Source: Negaprion brevirostris
Lineage: Eukaryota
Reading direction: 5' to 3'
DNA length: 64,000 nucleotides
NCBI GenBank assembly: GCA_030324005.1
Contig: JARDVH010000121.1
Location: 46,733,416 to 46,797,415, forward strand
Position numbers and translations under genes: made by a program. The notes under the pieces were generated by a model. That model did no database searches and was not told where the DNA came from. It worked only from the letters and a program-made list of their open reading frames with translations. Positions 1 to 11,539 of this stretch are shown one piece after another (within the stretch, counting starts at the first letter, position 1; each line of letters starts with the position of its first letter).

Positions 1-625
1 CCGATCCACCAATCTTGGTGTCATCCGCAAATTTCGACACCATACACTCGGTTCCCTCCTCCAGATCATCTATATAATAACTGATACGAGATAATCCTCA
101 ACTCCTTTTTCCTGCCTTATCCCTACAGCCTTTCATTCCCTTACTGATTAAAAAAAAGATTCAGTCTCTACAGCTCTCTGCGGTAAAGAATCCCACAGAT
201 TCGCTACCTTCTGAAAGAAGAGGTTCCTCCTTATCACCGTTTTCAAAAGGCAACTCCTTACTCTGAGATTATGCCCTTTAGTCCCAGACTCTCCCACAAG
301 GGAAACCAACCACTTAGCACTTACCCTGTCAAACCCCCTCAGAATCCTATATGTGTCAATAAGGTCACCTCTCATTCTTCTGAACTCCGAGTACACCCTA
401 ACTTACTCAATCTCCTTATAAGAAAATCCCTTCACATCCAGGACCAACCTAGTGAGCCTTCTCTGGACTGCCTCCAACACCAGTATATCTTTCCTTAGAT
501 AAAAGGGGACAAAAACGCTTCACAGTATTCCAGTATGGTCTAACTAACGCCTTGTATAGTTTTGACAAGACTTCCCCATTATTACATTCAATTTCTTTTT
601 AAATAAAGGCTGATATTCAATTTGC
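1..625 (-). mobile_element. CR1-type LINE 3' fragment (decayed)
   Basis: Minus-strand translation RRMRGDLIDTYRILRGFDRV...GHNLRV...RRNLFFQKVANLWDSLP is the CR1 ORF2 C-terminus. FADDTKIG is readable at the window start. Confidence 0.85.
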
Positions 626-639
626 CTTCCCTATTCCCT

Positions 640-920
640 GGGCAGCATGGTGGCACAGTGGTTAGCGCTGCTGCCTCTCAGTTTGAATCCCGGTTCGGGT
701 CACTCTGCAGAACCTGCACATTCTCCCAATGTCTGCATGGGTTTCCTCAGGGTGCTCCTGTTTCCTCCCACAGTTTGAAAGCCGTGCTGGACAGGTGCAC
801 TGGCCATGCTAATTTCTCCCTCAGTGTACCCAAACAAGCGCCAGAGTGGCGACTCGGAGATATTCACTAACTTCATTACAATGTTAATGCAAGCCTACTT
901 GTGATACTAATAGAAACTTA
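640..920 (+). mobile_element. tRNA-derived V-SINE (HE1-like), tail type A
   Basis: GGGCAGCATGGTGGCACAGTGGTTAGC head, GGGTTTCCTC..GGTGCTCC..TTTCCTCCCACAG core, tail AACTTCATTACAATGTTAATGCAAGCCTACTTGTGATACTAAT. Inserted into a CR1. Confidence 0.8.
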
Positions 921-924
921 TTAT

Positions 925-1410
925 GTGCTGAACTTGCGTGCTAGCTTTTTGTAATTTATGCATGAGGACCCCCAATTCCTTCTCTGCTTTAGCTTTCTGC
1001 AGTCTTTCTCCATTTAAATCATATTTAATCCCTTTATTTTTCCTACCAAAGTGCATAACATCACATTTTCCTACATCATATTCCCTCTGTGATGCTTTTG
1101 TCCACTCACTTAACCTGTCTATGTTCCTCTTTAGACTCTTTGCATCATCCTCATCACTATCCTTCCCACCTACTTTTGTGTCATCCACAAGGTTGGCAAT
1201 AGTACAATCATTTCCCTCATCCAAGTCATTAATATATCCCCAATGCACTCCACTACTAACACTGCCATCCTGAAAATGTCCTTCTTATCTCAACTCTCCG
1301 TCTTCTATTAGTTAGCCATTTCTTTACCCTTGTTAAGATACTACTCCACAACAGCATGGACTCTTGGATTATTAAGTAGCCTTCTGCTTGCTACTTTATC
1401 GAATGCTTTC
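925..1410 (-). mobile_element. CR1 LINE RT fragment (probably the continuation of the element at 1-625)
   Basis: YINDLDEG...VDDTKVGG...IDRLSEW...KCDVMHFGRKN on the minus strand. Confidence 0.85.
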
Positions 1411-3433
1411 TTCTCTAAAATGTACAGCTGTAATTTTCTCTGTATCAAGATGAGCGGAAACTTTGTAGTGGGAATCAGCATTCACCATTATCACTTCACT
1501 GAAATTGACAGCAACTTGAGAAATTCACACACGCACAGAAGAATGTGGCAAATCCAGAAGTTACAGTCAATGATTCCATCTCTCAAAGGAATGCTTAAGG
1601 CACTCAAGACTCAATCGATGGGAAATCAATTGAATTGACAAGAACTTGTTAACCCCATTCTGGAAACACTTGGAAAGTACGTGTTTTGTTGAACGAGATT
1701 CAACTAGGTTAAGTATATTAATTTCAGAATTAAGTATCTCAACAGCATTTTGCTTTTCACATTTGTCAGTCGCTACCTTAGCTGGGGTTTCTTCCCTCCA
1801 ATAAATAAGGAGGATGCAGTGGGCTATATTGGTTGTATTAATGCAGTATTATGGCTTTCCACAGCAAAAGGAGATGATCAATCATTGTTTATTGATCAGA
1901 ACATACAAGCATCACGCTCTGTGTTGTTTCGTACTGATCCTGATAAATGGTAAGTGAGGAAAAGTGTGTTTCAAGCGGACAATGTGCAAGAACTAGGACT
2001 AAGTTTGGAGGTGGGGAATTGTGACTTGCACTAACCTGTAACACAACCACATTAGAAGAATCAACTTGACCGCAAAAGCATTCATACAAAAGGCTACTCA
2101 TAACAAGCTCACTTAAGACTTAGGCAAAAAGCCCAATCAGGATTACATCTGTAGAATGTTACAATGATCGACACACTGCAAGCCATCATTTCCTACTTCA
2201 CACTGAGGACATCCAGAGAACTGTTTCAGATTTCAAATTACCAACAATCTCTCCAGGTCCCGCCAGGTTGATGCCTCTACCTTCTCAAAAGACAAAGGAA
2301 ATTTAGCATGTCCACTACAACTCTCNNNNNNNNNNNNNNNNNNNNNNNNNNNNNNNNNNNNNNNNNNNNNNNNNNNNNNNNNNNNNNNNNNNNNNNNNNN
2401 NNNNNNNNNNNNNNNNNNNNNNNNNGGAGAGCAGGGGGGTGAGTGAGATTGTTCTTTGGGCATGGGCCAGATGGATCTCCGGTGTGGGTGGGTGGGTGGG
2501 TGGGTGGGAGGGGAGGAGGAGCACAAGGGAGGCAGGCCAGATCGTTCTCCGGTGGGGGAGGGAAGGGGGGGTCTGCTGCCACTCTGTGTGCAATCAGTGG
2601 GGGGGAAATGGGGCACAAGGCCGCGACTGGTCTAGGTAGCGGTGGCGGGGGAGGCGGGGGTGGGGCAATGTCAGTGCCTTCACTGTCAACAATGGTTCCT
2701 TTTATTTACCTTGTGGTGTGTCACCAACCAAGCATATCATGTGATGGCCTGTGCAAAGTCAGTGTACCTTGGATCCATGACTAGTGGAAAAAAAAAGTAG
2801 TTTGGATGAGAAAAAAGCACAAGCCTTCATTAAAAGCAAGATGGGCTTAAAAGTAAACAAACGTATCTCCTATTCATCAGAATCCACCTTACATGAGTGA
2901 AGTTCTCAGTGTGACAGCCCCTTAAAAAACTACTGTATCCTAACAAAATATAATTTTTTGTTTTTCTTGTCAATGCTCTACTAACTTTCCTGATTATATT
3001 GTTGAGTAGTGGCATGATCGTTGCAAATCCTAGCATTAATATTGCTATTTTAAAGCTAAGGCAGAGGCATGTGTGCACTGGGAGCATGAATGATTAGTGT
3101 GGCTCACGTGATGATGTTCATATGCTGACTAAATCAATCAGGTTTCTTTCCATTATTTAGACTGGAAAGGATTCCAGTGCTCTATCATACGTCATCTGGT
3201 GGAATGACAGATATCAGTCCATTCAGTATGTATCTTTGGCAACTCCTCTTTCGTCCTGTCATTTCCTCAATGGACTGTGACTCCATGACTCAATATCAAG
3301 TCATCATTCCCCAAGCTAGTACTGATCTTTTCTCCTTCAGATCTCTCTCCCCTCTCAGTTTTTCAGCTCTGCACAATTCATTTCTTTCTTCGTCATGAAG
3401 ATCTGTCAAAGGAATAATTTGACAGAAAGTATG

Positions 3434-3742
3434 CCAAGATGGCACCCGAGCAAGGCCCAGCGTACCTTCTAATTCTATTTTTTACACTCATTCTATGCTT
3501 CTAAAACTTCATTCTAACTCTTTTAAACTCTCTAACAATGCTTCCCTGCTGCTGTCAGACTTTTGAATGAACTTACCTTGCATTAAGTTGATCTTTCTCT
3601 ATATCCTAACTATGACTGTAACACTACATTCTGCACTCTCTCATGTCCTACTCTATGAACGGTATGTTTTGTCTGTATAGTGCGCAAGAAACAATACTTT
3701 TCACTGTATGTTAATACATGTGACAATAGTAAAACAAATCAA
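3434..3742 (+). mobile_element. Short non-autonomous LINE derivative (Rex1/Babar-like ends)
   Basis: Starts CCAAGATGGC and ends CTTTTCACTGTATGTTAATACATGTGACAATAGTAAAACAAATCAA. No coding remnant between the ends. The family assignment is from recall. Confidence 0.45.
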
Positions 3743-3989
3743 GTAACAGAAGTGAGGAAATTCTGACGATGACATGTAACTCAAAATATACACCTGCATG
3801 TTAAATTCACTGACACTCTGATTAGTTGCACGGAGGTAAGCAGCTATTGCTGAAGGTTATCTACACAAGACCCACCCAATTCGTTTCCTTATCCACTATT
3901 ATTTCTTTAAAGACATAACGGACTTACTGCATATCATGAATAGTTAGGCATGATACTTAGAAGTGCCAACTAAATATCACCAATACGTA

Positions 3990-4995
3990 AAAGGGGCAGA
4001 AGTTAACCATTCGGCCCCTTAAACCTTTTCCACCATTCAAAAGGTCATAACTGATCTGATAGTAACCTTAAATTTGAATCCTGCTTGTCACCTCTTTGCT
4101 TATCAAGAATCTATCCAACTCTATCTTAAAAGTATTCAAAGACTCTGCTTCCACTGACTTTTCAGGAAGAATTCCAAAGGCTCACAGCCCTCAGAAAATG
4201 TTATGCCACACCTCCCAGATGATTCCTTATTGTTAAACAGTGACCCATCATACTAGATTCTCACACAAGAGTAAATATCCTTTCCATATCCACCCTGTCA
4301 AGATCCTCTCAGGATCTTGTATGTATCCATCAAGGCTCCTCTTGCTCTTCTGAACTCTGGCAGATACAAACCTAGCTTTCCCTCATAACACAACACATTC
4401 ATTTTAGTTATTAGTCTGGTAGATATTCTCTAAACTGTTTCAATGCATTTACATCCTTTCTTAAATAAAGTGATCAATACTGCATACACAACTCCAGATG
4501 TGGTCTCATCAGTGCCCTGCATAACTGAAGCATTATCTCCCTACTTTATTCAATTCCCTTCCTATACTTGTATGCTAGCCTTTATGCAATTCATGCACAA
4601 AGACACCCAGATCCCTCTGCATCCTACAGCTCTGCAATCTCTCAGTGTTTAAATATGCTTCTCTTTTTCTCATCATGCCAAAATGGACAATTTCATATTT
4701 TCCAACATTATACTCCATTTGCCAGATCTTTGTTCACTCACTTGTGCTACCTACAACATTTTGTAACCTCTTTTTGTTGTCTTCACAACTTATTTGCCCC
4801 GCCTATCTTTGTGTCATCAGCAAATGTGGCAACCTTCCCATCCACACCTTCATCCAAGTTACTTATATAAATTGTAAACAGTTGAGCTCCTAGCACTGGT
4901 CTCTGTGACAAATCACTCACTACATTTTGCCATGTGTGTCTACTTTGCTTTCTGCCAGCCAATCTTCTATCCATGCTAATAGGTTACCTCCTATA
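3990..4995 (-). mobile_element. CR1 LINE 3' fragment (decayed)
   Basis: QRPVLGAQLFTIYISNLDEGVDGKVATFADDTKIGG on the minus strand, plus a CR1-type 3' UTR near 4000. Confidence 0.85.
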
Positions 4996-5799
4996 CCATG
5001 TTATCTTCTAAGCCATTGTTACGCTAGTTGAAATCACCCATTATTATGACTCTTGTACTTGTATCTTTCTGTAATTCTGTATCTTTCTGTAATTCTGTCT
5101 CCTTCAGTTTGGTCCCCTATTGCATATGCCCAGCAATGCAATAGCTACTTCATTCTTCCTTAATTTGAACCAAATAGAATCTGTTCTTGAATCCTCATCA
5201 CTACTTTCTACGCTGTAATTGTAGCTTTTACCTTCTGCAAATAATGCCACTGAATAAATCAGTATTTCCATCAGGTGTTCAGTACCCTCCAGGAACTTAC
5301 CCAAGTTGCCATTCTTCATGCAAGTGCAGCTACAGCACTTGCAGGTTATTTTGGTTGGAGAGGAGTTGATCCTGGTCCCTTTAATCAGATTCATATTTTA
5401 CAGCAGATCACAAGTTGGTTGATCATTTATGATCACTGGTGTTTTTCCCTTCAATCTGATGTTTTGAGTCAATTATAAACAACGTCACTTGAGAGCTTGG
5501 GGAATCTGCAAAACTGAACTGAATTAGAAAAAAAAGGCACAATTTAAAGCTGGGCAACAGTAAGTATATTTATAAATAACCCATGATTATTTGATCTGAA
5601 GGAATGAAGTTAAAAGTAGAAGATATCATCATTAAATTATCTTAATTTCATTAATTATGAGTATAAAGTATACACAACTCCTATAATGCAAGGGAATAAT
5701 GTATACATCTATAAATTAGACATTTAATTGAAATTGAACGGACCACAACAAACCATTAGGGAAGAGATAAAGGTACATGGAGAACTTGAAGAGACCATC

Positions 5800-8040
5800 A
5801 ACATTTAAATAAAAGGTGCAGTTCTGAGATCAGGCAGGAGGAATTGACGGCCGAATAAGATGGGTTTGGAATGAATATATGTAAATACACACAGAATGGT
5901 GAAAAGGGCTGGTGAGCTGCTGGCACAAAAACCCACGTGACATGATGAAATAGAGACAATAATGAAGACCTGGCTCAAACAGGAGGAGGAATGGGACCTT
6001 AATTTTATTGGTTACAATGTATTCAGGAAAGATAGGAAAGGGAAAACGGGGAGATGACAGTGCTGGTCAAAGCTACAATTACAGTGTAGAAAGTAGTGAT
6101 GAGGATTCAAGAACAGATTCTATTTGGTTCGAATTAAGGAAGAATGAAGTAGCTATTGCATTGCTGGGCATATGCAATAGGGGACCAAACAGAAGAAGAC
6201 AGAATTACAGAAAGATACAAGTACAAGAGTCATAATAATGGGTGATTTCAACTAGCGTAACAATGGCTTAGAAGATAACATGGTGGAATTTCTGAAGGGT
6301 GTATGAGAGCTTCCTTAATAAGTAGATCTCCAACCCAAAGGAGGATGCACTGCTCCAACGGTGCATATTTCAATGGGGGAGTATTTTGAAAACACTGATG
6401 GCAAAATGATGGGAACGGACAAGGAAAAGCCAAATGTGAAAACACTCAAATGGTCTAGAGGTAATTTCAGGGAAATGTGAAGGACCTGACCTTCAGGTTT
6501 GAATCAAGACTGGCAGATAAATGAACAATGGTTGGCCTTTAAAAAGGAGATAGTTCAGATCCAGAGTAGGCATCTTGAAGGGAAAGGGAAAAGGCATCCA
6601 AAACCACAGATCCCTCGGTGACAGGGATTAAACTGAAACAGGAAAAGCTTTTAATAAATATATACAGCCAAAGGAAGAATGGGACTAGTTAGGGACCAAA
6701 ATAGATTTTAAGAGAATAGGGGGTCAAAGTTGAGATACTAAATGCACCATCTTCACTAAAGAAGAGGAAGTTGTCAATGTCACAGTAAAGGAGGGAATGG
6801 GGGCAAAACTGATCAGGATACAATAAAGAGGAGCTAAGTAAAAGGCTGGCAGTGCTCAAAACAGAAAATTCATACCGTCCAGACACATCATAGGTTGGAG
6901 GGAAGTAAGGATGATGATTGTGGAAGTTCTAGCCAGAATCTTCCAATCCTCAGGTTGTGCAATAGTACCAGAGGATTGCAAGATTGTAAATGTATTACCC
7001 CTGTTCAAAACAAGAGTAAAGAGTAAGCCCAGGTAGTACTCATCAGTCAGCCAAACACAGATAATAATCAAGGCAAAACTTACTGGCAACGAGAACTGTA
7101 ATTAATAAAAGAAAGTTAACATTGAAAGGCTAATGGTGTTTGACTACTATGATGAAATTCTTTCATGAATGAAGAGATTGATCTTCTGTATAGGGTCTTC
7201 AAAAAGCATTTGATAAAGTGCCAGATAACAGACTTGTTAACAGAATTGATGCCCATGGGATTAAAGAAATGGTAGCTGTGTTGGGTTAGCTACGGGACAG
7301 AAAGCATTTGAGTTTGGGAACACAGAATATAATTTCAAATTTTGCAAATGACATGAAACTCAGAAGTGTAGCAAAATGTGAGGGGATTAAGTAACAAATC
7401 TAAGGTGAAATGGGCAGACAGCTGTATTTCAATGCAGAAAAGTGTGAACTGATTCAATCTGAGGATGAACAAAGGGAGGCAATATAAACTAAATGATACC
7501 ATTTTTAAAAAAGGGTGCATGAATAAACAGACCTGGGGTAGCATGTACACAAGTCTGAAGGTGGAAGGACAGCTTGTGAAGGCTGTTGAAAAGGCATTCA
7601 TGTCTTCACAAATAGAGGCATACAGCACAAAGCAAGGAAGATATTAAAATCGTACCTAGGCCCCAGCTGGAGTATTCAGACCAACCCCTGCCACCACATA
7701 CTCGAAGGGATACTAAGGCCTTAGATAGGGAGGTGAGAAGTTTTATTAGATTAGAACAAGAGATGAAAGTAACAGAGGAGAGATTCTTTCTAGTGGCAGA
7801 AGTATCAATAACCCAAGAAAGGAATTAAGGTCATTGGCAAAGAGAGTTTATATGAGGAAATGTATTTTCACACAGCGAGATGATTTTAAATGCAATATTT
7901 GAAAGGGTGGTGGATGCAAATTCAATTACATTCCAAAAAGGAACTAGATAAATACTTGAAGAAAAATGTGTACAGATATGGGAAAAGGCTGGGAGTAGGA
8001 CTAATTGGACAGCTCTGTGAAATTGCAACCCTCCTCTGTG
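5800..8040 (+). mobile_element. Heavily decayed CR1 ORF2 (endonuclease to C-terminus)
   Basis: Endonuclease remnants (GYNVFRKDR, IIMGDFN) and RT remnants (PEDCKIVNVLPLFK, FKKAFDKVP, KFANDMKL), with many indels. Confidence 0.8.
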
Positions 8041-8669
8041 CTGCCCTGGTTTTTAATTCTACCTATTGCAAACCTAGCTAACAGCAGCTAATTCAGCTCA
8101 GAGCACAGATAAGATCTGGACTTCTGGGGGCTGTTTTATTAAGCTGCACAGTGCTGCTAATAAATGAGGCATGGGGGTATGAATTTTTGTTTCAAAATAA
8201 ATGCAATCTGAATCCTGGTGATTTGGGATGGTTTATACAGCCTTAAAATATCTCTACCCACCCACATTTAAAACTCCAGGAAAACGTACAATCAACTTTC
8301 TAACATGCAAACATGTCAACCTACAATACATCTTAATGACAATCAAAAAAAACGTAGAACTGAGAGATCAGCCTCAATTAATTACTTTCCCCAGGTCACT
8401 GCTTCGAGGTGCCTGCCAAATCTAAACCTCTTTTAATGCTTTGGATTTTACAATCATTATTACAAAATCACATCCTGCAAATCAATTTGTTTTCCTGCTA
8501 AAACACCTAGATATCAGAGACAACAACAAAATCACTGTAATGAGTGCAAGAAACAGCCAAGAAATTGTCATGACTTACACTGCAACTTGTCCATGCCCAA
8601 TGTCCAATCAGTTGTACGATGGGGGTGGGATGGGGTGGTGGAAGGTATGCAAGTGTAATTTTTGAAGTA

Positions 8670-9455
8670 AGAATCATAAGAGTCATGGAGCTTTACAGCA
8701 TAGAAAGAGGCCCTTTAGCCCATTGTGTCAGTATCGGCCATCAAGCAGTTATCCACTCTAATCCCATCTGTCAGNNNNNNNNNNNNNNNNNNNNNNNNNN
8801 NNNNNNNNNNNNNNNNNNNNNNNNNNNNNNNNNNNNNNNNNNNNNNNNNNNNNNNNNNNNNNNNNNNNNNNNNNAGTTATCCACTCTAATCCCATCTGTC
8901 AGCACTTGGCCCATGGCCTTGTACGCTACAATGTTTCAAGTAGTCACCTAAATGCTTCTTAAATGTTCTGAGGGCAGCCGCCTCTACCACCCTTTCAGGC
9001 GGTGAGTTCCAGAATTACACCATCATCTTAGTGAAAATACTTTTTCTTAAATCCCCCTTAAATCCCCTGTCCAAGACTAAACCTTCCAGTTATTGATCCC
9101 TCTACTAAGGATGTTTCTTCCCTCCTCAATTACTCATACCTCAATCAGGTGCCCCCTCTGCTCCAAGGAAAACGACCCCAGCCTAACCAGCCCAGGCAAC
9201 ATCCTGGAGATTCTCCTTTGCACCCTTTCTAGTGTGATTACATCATTCCTACAGTGTGGCACACAGTACTCTCGCTGTGGCCTAGCATTTTATCCAGTTC
9301 TATCATAACCCCCCCTTCTCCTATACTCTAAGCCTCAGCTAATAAAGGCAAACATCTCATTTGCCACTGTAACCAACTTATCTACTTGTCCTGCTGCCTT
9401 CAGAGATTTTTGGCCATGCACCTCAAGGTCCCTTTGGTCCTCGCTATTCCTACCT
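8670..9455 (-). mobile_element. CR1 LINE 3' end (contains a gap)
   Basis: Reverse-strand CR1 tail (ATCATAAGAGTCATGGAG..ACAGCATAGAAAGAGGCCC) followed by ORF2 C-terminal remnants. Confidence 0.75.
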
Positions 9456-11539
9456 TCCTTCTATGGTGGATTTAGGAATTTTTGAAGATCAAAAAAAATA
9501 GCTTTCGTTATGCAATATATGTTTTATAGGCATTGGGAGGGCGTACTCGAGATATGTTGATTTTTTGATGACGTTTTAGTATATTTTCCAATATGAACAT
9601 GTTCTCTGATTCTATTGACCTTCCATCGTTATTATAGTCTTTCCTTTTTCAATTTTAGATTATATTGGCATGTTGAAATTCAATCTAATCATGCAAGTTA
9701 ACACTTTGTATGTACAGGACTTGTACATTTGTGTTCCTTTGAACTGTGAGCAATGTCATTGGAGGTTGAACTTGCAAAATTAGAAAACCAAACAGAATTC
9801 ACACAGACTGTGTGAAATCAAATGAACACAGCAAATAAACTGTGCAGGAAGAATTGCCATCAAATGAACTACTTAACCATTCAGTTAATTTGAAATTTAA
9901 CTAAAGTTTGAATCAAGTAATAAATAAGATGGAAATAAGGCTGCTACTCCTTTTTTTGCAGCACAGTTTCTACAATTTCAAGCTTTGTTCCGGTAGTATA
10001 ATTGCCTACACCTTCAGTTATGATGATACATGGAGGAGATTTAGCCCCTTCTCCAGCCATTTCAAAATAGGCAAATATACATTACTGGTAGCGACAGGAA
10101 ATCCAAGCTAGCCACATGTAGATGGTGAATCACTGACATGTATAATATCATTCAACATTATTTAAATAAAACCACGTGTGCAAATGTACTATTGCATCTA
10201 ATAAACATAACATACACATAGCTAATTAACCCCTGAGCCCTACTATTCTCTTTTACATCAAATGAAAGTTACAAAACTGAAAGCTGTCAAAAAGGACATG
10301 TTATGATATGAATGAACTGCATTGACAACAGAAAGAGGAACAGGAGTAGACGATTTGGCTCCTTCAGCCTGCTCCGCACACTAAATTTCATCATGGCTCG
10401 TGTTGACTTCACTGTCCCACTCACTCCAATGACAGAACGTCTGCATCCTGTGTGGTAGAGAACTCCAAAGATTTGGATTTCCAAAGACTCGAAGTTTCAA
10501 CATTCCGATTGAGATTATTATTTCCCATTAGGAAGCTTTCTCAATGACATTATCAAAACATTACACTAATTGAATTCTATAGTTCTTTGAAATGTACAGA
10601 AAACTTACAATGTGAAAAAAATGCAAATATCAAGCCTGACAAAACCAAGAGGTTCGCATGATTATTCCTCAAGTCGGCAAAGTAAAATTACCTCCAGTCA
10701 AAGAACATTGTGGGATGGCAGCTTCCCAATAACAGCAATTCCCGGCAATACCCAAGGATAGAGTATGAGGTGCATATCCTGTTGCAATTCCTGCGAAAAC
10801 TGAAGGTGCAGAATATATCCAAGGGCTGAGAAATAGCAGGCTTGCTGACTCCTTGCAAACAGGTGACTGTGCAAAATGTGAATGAAAACCACCAAACAGC
10901 AACTAGACTTAAGAACTTAGGAAATGGGCAAAAAAGAAACCCATTAAACCTATCAAGCTACTTTATGGTGTTGGGCTCATGCTCCAAATTGGCGAGTACA
11001 GCATTTCTGTGTCAAGCAAGGGAAGGCAAGACAGATTATGAAAGAATATGCTTTCTGACTTATCAACAGAATGTTTATGCGTTGTAATATTAAATTAATA
11101 TTCAAGAATTTTTCTAACAACTGAAATTGGGGAAATGTTCTTGTTGGTTCACATGTAGTTGCTGACATTACTGGAATGGTGCCAGAGGATTTGAGTAGCT
11201 TGGATTTATCCAATGATCTGTATTGGCATTCCAGATAAATACAGGTCAATGCCGCAAAAAAAATCTCAGATCATTCCAAATAGAGCAATCAGACCCAATT
11301 TTCACAAAAATAAAAAGTGCCAGTAAATAAATCAAGACAGACTAAATTAATGGATTGTGTGGAAAGCTGATCAAAAACAGATGTTTGCTTCGGTTCCGTG
11401 AATAGGCAGGATGGGTCTTCCTGGATGCAGTTAGTTAAAGGGATTTTACAGTCAAGGGCTGAATGACAGACAGGCAAAATGTGACAGGTTCAGCAGAGAA
11501 GCTAGGGCTCTTACACAAAGAAAACCTTCCATCAGCAAT

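Noticed and set aside
5272-5296. CAGGTGTTCAGTACCCTCCAGGAAC resembles the 3' end of U2 snRNA
   Set aside because: Only ~25 nt with mismatches and indels, and no flanking U2 similarity. Treated as chance.
8747-8902. Direct repeats flanking N gaps (also 30079/30852, 37930/38089, 39795/39919, 52983/53091)
   Set aside because: The same sequence on both sides of a gap is the usual sign of unmerged contig overlaps, not TSDs or biological repeats.
1-9500. Expected neighbour TM9SF4 terminal exons
   Set aside because: No recognisable TM9SF4 peptide was seen in the ORF track or the frames I read.
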